Positions 8,296-17,617 of a DNA stretch of 28,316 nt are shown here, in pieces; position 1 is the first letter of the stretch; the number at the start of each line of letters is the position of its first letter. The notes beneath the pieces were generated by a model. It worked only from the letters and a program-made list of their open reading frames with translations, was not told the DNA's origin and ran no database searches. Source of the stretch: Thermoproteota archaeon (GTDB taxonomy: Archaea; Korarchaeota; Korarchaeia; Korarchaeales; Korarchaeaceae); contig JAOZFN010000001.1 in the NCBI GenBank assembly GCA_027492205.1, positions 1-28,316 on the forward strand, in the 5' to 3' direction. The position numbers and the translations under genes were made by a program.

Positions 8296-10182
8296 CTAGC
8301 CGTAGACGTCGTAGGTCTCGCCCTCTACCAGGTTGTCAGGGGACCTTGGGGGCAGCCTGCCCCTCCACTGCTTGTAGCCGAAGCCCCTGTCCGAATCCAG
8401 GTTCCAGTTTACCGTCGCCAGCGGGTCTCTGTCCCAGTTCCTGATCATCCAGGCCGCCAGCTCGACGGCGCTCCCGACCCTGGGGACGGAGACCCTCCCC
8501 GCGCCCGGCGGGCCCGCGGCCCCCTTCGCCGCCGACCCAGACAGGTAGATCCTCCTGGTCTCCTCCGGCGTGGCGGCCTTGGCGTACGCCCTGAGGGCGC
8601 CGAGGTCGAGCTTGACCTCCTCGATGAACGTCCTGGGGGTGTCCCTATCTGAGTACGTGGAGGGCAGCGTCAGCGGGGTCTCGTACCCCTCTGAGCCCGG
8701 GCACTTCAGGCAGTTCCTGATCGCCCAGACCGCCGGGTAGGGGCCAGGCTCGCTCCCGCACTGGTAGGGGGTGATGAGGTTCCTCCCGTGCGACGTGTAG
8801 ACCAGCGAGACCGGCGGGTAGACCAGGGCGTTCAGCGCGAAGACCTCCCTCACCTTCTGCAATATCCCGTAGAGGGTCAGCTGAAGGAGGTAGAGGAGGG
8901 CCAGTATCTGCATCGCCGCGAGGCTGGCCAGGGCCGCCTCTATCAGGTTCAGGAGCCGCTTGAAGTTCTCCAGCGACCACACCAGGTACTCGCCGAACCA
9001 GCTCAGCCACTCCCTGATGTTCTCCACGAGGCTCTCGTAGCACTCCCTCGACCTCTCGGTGGCCCCGAACGAGAGGTAGTCCAAGACGCTGCACCCTCCC
9101 GCCTCGACCTCTGGGGGCTCCGGCGGGTTCGTCAGGTTCTCCCAGAACCTCTCCCCCATCTCCTCCAGCACGTCCATGACGCCGGAGAAGGGCTCCTCCG
9201 GCTTCCTGATGCTGTCCTCGAGGGACCTCGTGACCCTAAGGAAGAGCTCGTAGGTGGTCCTGATGTCCTCCCTGGTGAGGAATCCCCCGAGATCCCCGTT
9301 GATCAGCGTGGGGTGGGGCAGGTCCCCGTAGACGTCTTGAAAGGCCCTGTGGAGCATATCAACGACGCCCTCGGGCAGCCTCTCGGGCAGGTCGAGCCAC
9401 TCCACCAGGTCGGTGGCTATGTCTCCCCCCACGTACTCGTGGAAGGCCCAGGCGTCCATGAAGTTCTCCACGACCACGTGCCTCTGAACGTCGTTCCGAT
9501 ACGGGGCCCCCACTATCTGGTTCACGTACCCGTGACCGACGAAGTCTGTGGCCACGTGGGTCAGATAGCCCAGGGCGTAGGCGCGCTCCTCCTCGGTCCG
9601 CGCCAGCTCCAGGAGTCTCCTGGCGAACGCGCCCGTCTCCCTGTAGTGCAGCATGTCAAACCAGTACCACTCCTCCTCTCCCTTCCCCTCCTGCAGGGGC
9701 GGCTTGAACAGATCGAATATCCTGGCTGTAGCGTCTGGCAGGTCGGCCAGGTCGGTCAGGAGGTTCTCCACCCTGAGGGCGGCCGCCAGGGGCCCCCTGG
9801 TGAGCAGGGCCACGAACTGGTCGAAGGTCTCGCCGGCCTCGTCGAGGACGGACTCCAGGATCTCCACCAGGCCGGGTGACACGACCTCCATGACGTCCTC
9901 GACCGCGTCCTTCACCGCCTCGACGGCCTCAACCACCTTGCCGATTGTGGCGTCGTACGCGGCCTTCACGGCGTCCCAGGCGTCGTAGAACTCCAAGAGC
10001 ACTTGGCAGACGACGTAGTCAGGAGCCCAGAAGAAGAGGTCGGGGCCTATGGCCCCCAGGGCCGCCAGCCCCCTGTGCTCCCGCATTATCCTGCCGAGCT
10101 CGGCCTCCTCCTCGTTCGCAGAGCTGGCGAGCCTCTCGGCCACCTTCTCCATGACCAGCACGTGGATCACGTACTTCGGCAA
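8296..10182 (-). CDS. Zinc-dependent phospholipase C / P1-nuclease superfamily protein
   Basis: MPKYVIH, GAIGPDLFF, DMLHY, AYALGYLTHVATDFVGHGYVN and RHVVVENFMD supply the Zn ligands. TTG start at 10182 follows a GGAGGTGA RBS. Confidence 0.85.
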   Translation of the reverse strand: MPKYVIHVLVMEKVAERLASSANEEEAELGRIMREHRGLAALGAIGPDLFFWAPDYVVCQVLLEFYDAWDAVKAAYDATIGKVVEAVEAVKDAVEDVMEVVSPGLVEILESVLDEAGETFDQFVALLTRGPLAAALRVENLLTDLADLPDATARIFDLFKPPLQEGKGEEEWYWFDMLHYRETGAFARRLLELARTEEERAYALGYLTHVATDFVGHGYVNQIVGAPYRNDVQRHVVVENFMDAWAFHEYVGGDIATDLVEWLDLPERLPEGVVDMLHRAFQDVYGDLPHPTLINGDLGGFLTREDIRTTYELFLRVTRSLEDSIRKPEEPFSGVMDVLEEMGERFWENLTNPPEPPEVEAGGCSVLDYLSFGATERSRECYESLVENIREWLSWFGEYLVWSLENFKRLLNLIEAALASLAAMQILALLYLLQLTLYGILQKVREVFALNALVYPPVSLVYTSHGRNLITPYQCGSEPGPYPAVWAIRNCLKCPGSEGYETPLTLPSTYSDRDTPRTFIEEVKLDLGALRAYAKAATPEETRRIYLSGSAAKGAAGPPGAGRVSVPRVGSAVELAAWMIRNWDRDPLATVNWNLDSDRGFGYKQWRGRLPPRSPDNLVEGETYDVYG

Positions 10183-10186
10183 GCCA

Positions 10187-10909
10187 TCACCTCCCAAAGT
10201 ACGCCAGGCGCCTCTGCTGGGCGCTCACCTCGTCGACGGATGCGAATCTCCTGGGGCAGGCGTCCAGCATCGGGTCGCTGAGCACGAAGAGCACGCCAGT
10301 CGTCCCAGCTGGAACGACCAGGTCCAGCCAGACCGGCTGGGTAGAGCCGGGAGACAGGTAGAGAGGAACGTGGGCCAGCTTAGGGAGGGATGAGAGGGAA
10401 AGCGGGAAGGAGAAGGAGCCGTCGATCCTGAAGGCCTCCAAGACGGCGGTGGAGGGGGCGCCCCCTCGATTGCGGCAGCTGAGCTGAACCTCGATTCTCT
10501 CGGTGGAGCCGCCCGGAGATTGCTCAGATGAACCAGTGACCGGCTCTAGGACTAAGAAGGGGTAAGCGTGGCCGATTGGGGAGTCTTCTGGGTACTCCTC
10601 TAGCTCTAGAGTCACCTCCCCGGGCTGCTCCGTATCTGCCGGGCCTCCAGTCGCAGGCGGACCCTCCGTCCGTGGCGGCTTGGTCCCGGTCGGTGGGGGC
10701 CTCTTCTTTGGTTCGACCTCCCTCCGCAGGTAGAGCTGCACGGTTGGCCAGAGGAGGTAGGCCAGGAGTGCAGAGGCTCCCGCCGCCAGGCCAATCTTCA
10801 GGAAGGTTCTCCTGCCCTTGTCAACCCCTCGACCCTCCCCGCCAGCCCTTTGCACCTTGTCGGAGTCTACGTCGACCAAGGAAACCACACCCAGGCCAGA
10901 GACGACCAA
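10187..10909 (-). CDS. Twin-arginine signal/anchor protein with Pro-rich linker and CARDB/Ig-like domain
   Basis: GRRTFLKIGLAAGASALLAYLLW is a Tat consensus plus h-region. Its stop lies inside the RBS of the downstream gene. Start may be TTG 10879. Confidence 0.7.
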   Translation of the reverse strand: MVVSGLGVVSLVDVDSDKVQRAGGEGRGVDKGRRTFLKIGLAAGASALLAYLLWPTVQLYLRREVEPKKRPPPTGTKPPRTEGPPATGGPADTEQPGEVTLELEEYPEDSPIGHAYPFLVLEPVTGSSEQSPGGSTERIEVQLSCRNRGGAPSTAVLEAFRIDGSFSFPLSLSSLPKLAHVPLYLSPGSTQPVWLDLVVPAGTTGVLFVLSDPMLDACPRRFASVDEVSAQQRRLAYFGR

Positions 10910-11213
10910 AAATCGATCGACTCAGGCCGTAATGTGCTGCTGCGGGATTAAGTTAAAAGATCACCTCGTACTTGGGCAGATGAGCGGTGTTATCGCCATA
11001 GCAGGCGACTTGTGACGCTCCTCCTCGGGATCTTCGGGCCTCCAGCATCAGTACGCGAGTCCCATTGTAGGCCGGGAGCCAATCGTTTAATTCTTCAGTC
11101 GGGCAGGTGCCAGAGGTGGCTGAGATCCCCAGCGCTCTCGTGGCTCAGAAAGGCCAAGAGGTTTATTGAAGTTGCCGAGCTGCTCGATGTGCCGGGTCCG
11201 GAGAGGTGGCATC

Positions 11214-12212
11214 ATGCTCGACCCCTTCTCGCTGCTCTGGTTCCTGTTCTTCTTCGCCCTGATAATGACTCCTCAGCTCAAGCAGCAGGCCCTGATCAAC
11301 GCCAGGGCCAAGGTTCTCCGCGGCATAGCCAGGAGGAGAGGGTCAACCGTCATCACGCTCATACACAGGCAGGAGAGCATCGGCCTCTTCGGCATCCCCA
11401 TCTACAGGTACATCGACATCGACGACTCAGAGAGCGTCCTCCGAGCGATAAGGGCGGCCCCGAAGGACAGGCCGATCGACCTGATAATACACACCCCGGG
11501 AGGCCTCGTTCTGGCGGCCACGCAGATCGCCAAGGCCATAAGGGAGCACCCCGCCAAGACCACGGTCATCATACCACACTACGCCATGAGCGGCGGCACC
11601 CTCATAGCGCTCGCCGCCGACGAGATCCTCATGGACAGGAACGCGGTCCTCGGTCCGGTGGACCCCCAGATAGGGCAGTTCCCCGCGCCCTCCATACTGG
11701 CCGCGGTGGAGAGGAAGGGGGCCGAGAAGGTGGATGACCAGACGCTGATCATGGCGGACGTCAGCGAGAAGGCCATCAGGCAGGTGAGAGACTTCGTAAC
11801 CTGGCTTCTCAGGGACAGGATGGGCGAGGAGAGGGCGAGAGAGCTGGCAGAGCTGCTGACGAAGGGTACCTGGACGCACGACTACCCGATAACGTTCGAG
11901 CACGCCAGGGAGCTGGGCCTGCCCGTGAGCGACGGGGTGCCGGAGGAGGTGTACACGCTCATGGAGCTGTACCCGCAGCCGCTTGCTCAGAGGAGCAGGA
12001 CCGTCGAGTTCATCCCGGCGCCCGTGCAGCCTAGAGGGGGCGGGGAGGTAGCTTGGGGTTCGGCTCGATCCCTCCCCCTGGCCTTTTCCCGCGGCGGAGG
12101 GGCCCAGCTGAGTATTGGCATTCGTAGTGAAGCGGAGGTCAAACCCCCTCTACGGTGGAGGATTCCCCTGACTCTTGAATATCCAACCGAGGTCCCCCAG
12201 GTCGCCCACTAG
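11214..12212 (+). CDS. SDH_sah family ClpP-class serine protease
   Basis: DLIIHTPGGLVLAATQIA, HYAMSGGTLIALAADEI, LGPVDPQ, WTHDYPIT; N-terminal TM; GAGGTG RBS before ATG 11214. Confidence 0.92.
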   Translation: MLDPFSLLWFLFFFALIMTPQLKQQALINARAKVLRGIARRRGSTVITLIHRQESIGLFGIPIYRYIDIDDSESVLRAIRAAPKDRPIDLIIHTPGGLVLAATQIAKAIREHPAKTTVIIPHYAMSGGTLIALAADEILMDRNAVLGPVDPQIGQFPAPSILAAVERKGAEKVDDQTLIMADVSEKAIRQVRDFVTWLLRDRMGEERARELAELLTKGTWTHDYPITFEHARELGLPVSDGVPEEVYTLMELYPQPLAQRSRTVEFIPAPVQPRGGGEVAWGSARSLPLAFSRGGGAQLSIGIRSEAEVKPPLRWRIPLTLEYPTEVPQVAH

Positions 12213-12254
12213 GTAATCTCACCCAGAGATCTACCGACACTTCTCTTACTGCTC

Positions 12255-12435
12255 TGCGCCACAAGGCAGTATCGCCTAGTGTAATCAGCCGGGTGTGGTA
12301 TCTCAGTCTCCTTAAGCCTGTTAAAGATCCTTCTGGCCCGCCAGATTGACATCGCTCCATTTCGCCTTCACGAGGAGCGCCCCTTCCCCCCATGGTTTGG
12401 GACTACCAGTCCACTTCCTCATCGCCCCCTCCCAG
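12255..12435 (-). pseudogene. Remnant of DUF234 (archaeal ATPase C-terminal PD-(D/E)XK) domain
   Basis: Frameshifted fragments in order: DEEVD (12423-12409), ALLVKAKWSD (12380-12351), ARRIFNRLKE (12337-12308), RRYCLVA. This resembles EIDxV..LxxEVKWSD..A.RIL..L. Confidence 0.55.
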
Positions 12436-12694
12436 CTGCGAGAGTCTCCTGCCTCAGGAGTCAGTTAAGCGTAGTTCTTGAATGTAAAACAGTTAACGGC
12501 AAGTGGAATCATCGGCTGAGGGGAAGGGCTCTCGCCATAAAGTTCTTTAATCTTTAAATAGGTCAATTGGTGTAATATTTTCTCATATTACATCCTTATC
12601 AGTCGGAGAATTAAGTGAATGTCCCTCTCTGTCGTTTGATGCTCTGAGAGATACCTTATTTACCTTACAGTATGTTGCTCAGCGCGGATCCAGT

Positions 12695-13384
12695 TTGGAT
12701 GAATCTTCGATTCTCACATTCCGGGTCCTCTCGATGCTCTTGTTGGTCCTTTACCCCGTCAGCTGGACCGCCCAGGGGGCGGATGTAACCCTCTACATCA
12801 ACTCGTCCGGGTCCTCCCTCGAGTTCAGGGTCCAAAGCGGAGTCGGCGTGAAGGACGCCATGGTCAGGTTGGTCCTCCCCGCCGGCGCCTCTGTCCGGGG
12901 GTGCGAGGGCGAGGGCCTGTTTGAGGGGGCGTCCTTCGTCTGCAGCGGGCAGACGTGCGCGGTATTCATAGTCAGGCCGCCCGGAGAGAGCGGCGGCCGC
13001 AGCGGGAGGCTTAGGGTGGACATCTCCTCCGCAGGCCCCTCCGCATCCGTGACAGTCGAGAGGGTGGCTCTCAAGGACTCCAGTGGGCGCAGCCTGACGG
13101 TGAATGGGACGTTCCCGCTCGTCATAGGGCTCGGGGGTGGGGGACCCCCTACCTCGCCCCCACCCTCCACGACCGCCGCGCCTCCCACGACGGCCCCACC
13201 CTCCCCGGGTCCGAGCTCTCCGTCGCCGAGCACCTCGCCCCCAACCCGGGGAGGAGGGGGCGGCTGGGGGAGCCGAGAGGCTGTTGCCGTGGCAACGGCC
13301 GTTGCCGCCGTCTCCTTCGCAGTCGTGGCTTTGATCCTAGTAAGAAGAAGGAAGCTTAGGGCCTCAACCTCATCCGGTACCTAG
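12695..13384 (+). CDS. Membrane-anchored surface protein: signal peptide, cohesin-like domain, Pro/Ser/Thr linker, C-terminal TM plus RRRK
   Basis: Hydrophobic N-terminus ending AQG|A; ~115-aa beta domain ending SGRLRVDI..VTVERVALKDSSGRSLTV; PPTSPPPSTTAAPPTTAPPSP linker; AVATAVAAVSFAVVALILV-RRRK. The architecture is clear, the cohesin call is tentative. Confidence 0.75.
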   Translation: MDESSILTFRVLSMLLLVLYPVSWTAQGADVTLYINSSGSSLEFRVQSGVGVKDAMVRLVLPAGASVRGCEGEGLFEGASFVCSGQTCAVFIVRPPGESGGRSGRLRVDISSAGPSASVTVERVALKDSSGRSLTVNGTFPLVIGLGGGGPPTSPPPSTTAAPPTTAPPSPGPSSPSPSTSPPTRGGGGGWGSREAVAVATAVAAVSFAVVALILVRRRKLRASTSSGT

Positions 13385-14015
13385 GGCCCACCTCATCGAA
13401 CAAGCTAGTGAGATCTCAGGGGGACCGAGGGGTCGCTGACGCGTCGCGAGCCAGCGCGGGGAATCTTTGGGAGGTCTACTCACTACAGACACCGTCTCAT
13501 CCCACCAATTTGAGGCGGGGGAAGCCATTTGCCCGTTGCCCGGGTGCCCCAGCGCTGGGGGCCGATATAAATCGAGTGATGCCTTTCAGCGACTTAGCGA
13601 TTTCAAATCAGGATTCAACTCGGATCTTGGACCCTCGATTTCCGCGTATGCTCCCGCCGCAGCGGTGATGACAGTTAACCCTCTCCCCGCCCCTCTCTCT
13701 TCAAGAGGTCGTCCCGGCGAGGACTCCCTCTGCCTGAATCTCCAAGTCTGAGTATGTGAGTCTCGTGATTCCTTCTCAGGAGAGGGCCGGCGAGAGATGA
13801 GTGTTCTCACGTCTCTCAATTCCAGACGTACCATTTAGACCGAGCTCCCTCTAGAGAGTGTCATCCGAATGGTAAGGCAGGTCCTCTCGAGGACGGCCAA
13901 TCAAAGCATCCTTGCCCAAAGAGCCTGATAGGGCCGGTCCCCCTCCCTCGATCAAAGCCCCTAAGGCTTAAACTCCAGGCCCATAGAGCCTATTGCGCAC
14001 ACATATTGGCTCTTC

Positions 14016-14046
14016 GATTCAACATGTGAGAATTTTTATTTAAGCC
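14016..14046 (+). promoter_or_regulatory. TATA box (TTTATTTAAG) with upstream 14-bp motif GATTCAACATGTGA
   Basis: AT-rich box about 27-36 nt before ATG 14071 with no RBS, consistent with a leaderless transcript. The motif recurs inverted at 18616-18629. Confidence 0.55.
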
Positions 14047-14070
14047 CCTTACTTCCGATACGATCAGTAC

Positions 14071-17004
14071 ATGACCAGGTGGATCCCTCTCGTCCTCCTC
14101 GCAGTCCTCCTCCCTGCTTATGGAACCATCCTTAACTCGGCCTCGGCAGGAGAGAACACGATCTTCTCAGACGACTTCGAGTCCTATCCGGTGGGATCCT
14201 TCCCTTCCTCCGGTGGGTGGGAACTCGTGTGGAACGGGGCCGGAGATGAGTACCAGGTCGTGACGGAGGAGGAGTTCCACTCGCCCCACAAGTCACTTAA
14301 GCTCCTTGGGGTGCCAGGGTGGTCCAGCGTCGCCGAGCGAAGATTCACCTCCTCTGCAGCGGTCCTGGGGTACGAACTCTCAATTATGATTGGCGGCAGG
14401 GGGTCTGAGAGCTACGAGCACCCGGGCTTTTTCTGCAAGAGCTGTGACGCCTGGGGCGCCTACTACGGGGTGGTCTACTTCAGGCACGACGACGGTACCA
14501 TAAGGGCAGAGGACGGGACCGTCCTGGGGACGTGGAGCCCCGGAAAGTGGTATCACCTCAAGGTCATACTGGACAGGGAAGAGGGGACCTACACAGTCTG
14601 GATAGACGGAGTGCTCGTCGGAGAGGGCCTGAAGATCAGACGGGGGGATCCCGAGAACATAGAGGCCTTGGCACTGGTGTCGGCTCACGCAGGTCAGCCC
14701 GTCTATTATGACGACGTCAGGGTCTTCGAGATCGGAGAGGGGGGCCAGCTGACAGGGGACATATGGACGGACAGGGGCGGCGAGGACTCCAATCAACCCG
14801 GGGGAACGTACGAGGTCGGAGACGAGATAACGATCTACTTCAGCGTCAACTCCCGGGTTTCCGTGAGAGTATACGACGAGTTCCCCAATGGCACGAGGAA
14901 GCTGCTCGCCCAGGTGGGGGCGGAACCCGGGGAGACTTACGAGCTGAGGGGGGTTATGGGGGAGCCTACAGGGTACAGGGTGTTCTACCTGGTGGGGCCG
15001 AGCGGAGAGGTCCTGGACTCCTGCCGGGTAGAGGTCGAGCCCCGGCAGCCTGGGTGTTACTGGTCTGTGCGGACGAACAAGCAGACCTACCATGCCGGGG
15101 AGGTAGTGGAGATCTCGATAGAGCCCACCCCAGCCATTGGGGTCAAGCTCTGGCTTGAGGTATACGGCCCGGACGGCTCGCTCGTTGAGAATATCGACTG
15201 CCGACCCGGGGTCTCATCGTATAGCTTGGTGGCCGGGCCAGATCCCGGGAGGTACACGGTGGAGCTCTGGAGCCAGCTCGTGTACCCCGGAGAGGAACCC
15301 GGTCTCTGCGCGACGACTGAATACGAGGTCGTCGAGGCGCCGGTTCTCAAGTTCAGGGGAGTTGTCCACTACGCGCCGGACCCCTACGATGTCGAGATCA
15401 TAATAGACGAGGTGCTCTCTGACCCAGAGGGGAGGCTCAAGCCGGGGGACTTGGTCCTCCTCGACCTGGCCTTTGGATCTAGCAGCGACGTCTGGCCCCT
15501 CCACGAGGGGGAGAGGGTTGAGGTGCTCGCCAGGCACTACGATTACGGCGACGGAGAGCCGTACGCTGCGTACGTCTGGGTGTACACCTCAGACCACCCC
15601 CTGGACGGTTACGTCGAGAGGATAGGCTACGAGGAGGTGAAGTTCAAGGGAACCCTAACGAGCGTCGGAACAGTTTGGTACACCCACGACGGCGTCTCTG
15701 CCGAGCGAATGTCGTATGAGGTGAGAGTCGACGAGATTCTTGAGTTTCCCGGAAAGATCCCCCTTCAGGTGGGGGAGGTTGTGATAGTAATCGACTTGGG
15801 TGGGGCTGAGGTCGACGTCACTGAGAAGGATGTTGGAGCTGAGGTTGAGGTTCTAGGCGTCTGGAACGAGGCAGTCCTCCTCCTGGCTAAGGGTCACTAC
15901 GTCAGAAAGCTCGAATTCGTACTGGAACCTTACGATAGCGTGTACGCGGGACAGACTCTTGACATGTACTTTAACGACGAAGTGGCTGGTAAATACTTCC
16001 CGAAGTTCTGTGTCAAGCCGGGAGCGGAGCCCGGCCCTATGAGCGTATTTTACAGAATATTCAAGGGCAAGGACAGGACCTTCGGAGACCTCACGATTCA
16101 GTATCTCGTGGTGTTTCCCAGGCAGGAGGGGTGGAAACCTCACCCTCTAGATTACTCCCTGATTCACATTCACCTCAATAGGAGTAATTTCAAGCCGGTC
16201 TTGATCGAGTATGATGCGGGATTCAGCCCTGACTCGCTAGAACTCCACAGCAAGGGCGGGGCGCTGTGGGAAAAGGTTTACAAAATCGACGGTCGTCCTG
16301 TAATGATCGTGAAGGACGCCTATCACGCAATGTTGACGGCCAGGTCTTCAGACGACCTCGCAAGATGCACTACAACCGAAGACGTGAGATTGGACAGACT
16401 CAGCGACGACGTACTTGATCATTTCTATGGACTGGCGGATATTGGAACCGAACTCGGCGCCCATAGGCTGAATCAGTTCCTCAACGGGTTGGGATGGAAC
16501 ACGATGAACCCCAATGAGGTGGTTCAGCCTGTTACTGATGTGAACATGCCGTGGAGCGTGCGCGTTGAGGAGAGGGGGAAGTCCATCGAGTTGAACGTCG
16601 TGTCTATGGCTGGTGCCAAGGTAAGCGCGTTCCTGACGATCTCGTCCGGCAATGAGCTTAAGGTCTATAAGACGCCTGTGGAAAATGTTTTAATTGAAAG
16701 TGGAATTCTACGGAAATCAATAAAAGAATCGGACCTGATCCCCCTCGCATCGTATACGACGGACCCAGTGCCGCTGGACCCGCGTGTGAGGGGGGTGATA
16801 GCGTGGATCGTGATTTATTATCCAGATCCCGGCGGGGCCATCGTCAGGAGAGTTACTGTTAAGGTCCCTTTGAAAATATTTGACCCTAATACAATCATGG
16901 AGATAATAGAATCCTACTTTACGGGTTCTGAATCCGAGTTCCTCGGCAGGGAACCCACTGCTGACGATGTGCTGTTGGCGCTTGACGCTTACTTCGGAGG
17001 TTAA
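14071..17004 (+). CDS. Large secreted multidomain protein (ConA/LamG-like, Ig-like and OB-like repeats, NPP1/Vps62-like region, dockerin-like tail)
   Basis: Signal peptide (ASA|GE); FSDDFESYPVGSFP jelly-roll start; WTDRGG..TYEVGDEITIYF and RTNKQTYHAGEVVEI Ig-like starts; two KF[RK]G..DE[VI]L..G..VEVL repeats; IQYLVVF..HPLDY. No C-terminal TM. Confidence 0.85.
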   Translation: MTRWIPLVLLAVLLPAYGTILNSASAGENTIFSDDFESYPVGSFPSSGGWELVWNGAGDEYQVVTEEEFHSPHKSLKLLGVPGWSSVAERRFTSSAAVLGYELSIMIGGRGSESYEHPGFFCKSCDAWGAYYGVVYFRHDDGTIRAEDGTVLGTWSPGKWYHLKVILDREEGTYTVWIDGVLVGEGLKIRRGDPENIEALALVSAHAGQPVYYDDVRVFEIGEGGQLTGDIWTDRGGEDSNQPGGTYEVGDEITIYFSVNSRVSVRVYDEFPNGTRKLLAQVGAEPGETYELRGVMGEPTGYRVFYLVGPSGEVLDSCRVEVEPRQPGCYWSVRTNKQTYHAGEVVEISIEPTPAIGVKLWLEVYGPDGSLVENIDCRPGVSSYSLVAGPDPGRYTVELWSQLVYPGEEPGLCATTEYEVVEAPVLKFRGVVHYAPDPYDVEIIIDEVLSDPEGRLKPGDLVLLDLAFGSSSDVWPLHEGERVEVLARHYDYGDGEPYAAYVWVYTSDHPLDGYVERIGYEEVKFKGTLTSVGTVWYTHDGVSAERMSYEVRVDEILEFPGKIPLQVGEVVIVIDLGGAEVDVTEKDVGAEVEVLGVWNEAVLLLAKGHYVRKLEFVLEPYDSVYAGQTLDMYFNDEVAGKYFPKFCVKPGAEPGPMSVFYRIFKGKDRTFGDLTIQYLVVFPRQEGWKPHPLDYSLIHIHLNRSNFKPVLIEYDAGFSPDSLELHSKGGALWEKVYKIDGRPVMIVKDAYHAMLTARSSDDLARCTTTEDVRLDRLSDDVLDHFYGLADIGTELGAHRLNQFLNGLGWNTMNPNEVVQPVTDVNMPWSVRVEERGKSIELNVVSMAGAKVSAFLTISSGNELKVYKTPVENVLIESGILRKSIKESDLIPLASYTTDPVPLDPRVRGVIAWIVIYYPDPGGAIVRRVTVKVPLKIFDPNTIMEIIESYFTGSESEFLGREPTADDVLLALDAYFGG

Positions 17005-17155
17005 TGCAGCCGCGGGACTTTGAATCGATAGCCAGCTGGGGGTCTATTACTTGTATTGCACATATTTTAGGTTCTCTACCATTCTACGTGAGGTGCTTCT
17101 TTAGTTGTATATCAAGTCCAATTACTCAGCTCCCTTTCACCAGCTCATCTTACGC

Positions 17156-17617
17156 TCAAAAATTGTTTATGGCCATCAGGGTCCTTATGGCCCACATCGG
17201 CCCCTCAACGGCCTCTAAAGCCTCTCTGGAGCTCTCGATGAATGCGGCGTGCTCGTCCACGCCCCTCCGGACCTCCCCCCAGGCGAGCTTGGCCAGCCCC
17301 CCGGCGACGTGGGTCCTGAAGTCCTCGTCGGTGAGCTCGCCCCTGATCCTCTTGAGCACGGCCTCCTCGTCGCTCGACATTATGTTCCTGACGGTCTGCT
17401 CGGTTATGCCAAGCTCCCTAGCGATCTCGTCGATGCCCTTGTGGTAGAGGTCCCTGAGGACTACCGCGTAACAGGCCTCCATGAGGCTGGGCAGCCAGGT
17501 GAGCCTGCGGTACTCTATCAGCCTTCTCGGACCGCCGAGGATCTCGATCGCCTTCATGAACACCCTCATCGCGAGCCTGTCCGGGTCCCCCCTGACCGGA
17601 CCGACCACCACCATCAC
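17156..17617 (-). CDS. KaiC-associated regulatory domain protein (TIGR03879-like, HTH), probably 3'-truncated
   Basis: LAMRVFMKAIEILGGPRRLIEYRRLTWLPSLMEACYAVVL..EIARELGITEQTVRNI..HVAGGLAKLAW. Start overlaps the KaiC stop (GTGATG). Confidence 0.85.
   Translation of the reverse strand: MMVVVGPVRGDPDRLAMRVFMKAIEILGGPRRLIEYRRLTWLPSLMEACYAVVLRDLYHKGIDEIARELGITEQTVRNIMSSDEEAVLKRIRGELTDEDFRTHVAGGLAKLAWGEVRRGVDEHAAFIESSREALEAVEGPMWAIRTLMAINNF

Noticed and set aside
13665-13737. Possible C/D box sRNA (GTGATGA ... CTGA)
   Set aside because: The span of about 70 nt is long for archaeal guides and no internal D'/C' boxes are evident.
17004-17447. 147-aa ORF overlapping the stop of the 977-aa gene (TAATG)
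   Set aside because: Mostly antisense to the near-KaiC gene, with Ser-rich shadow composition.
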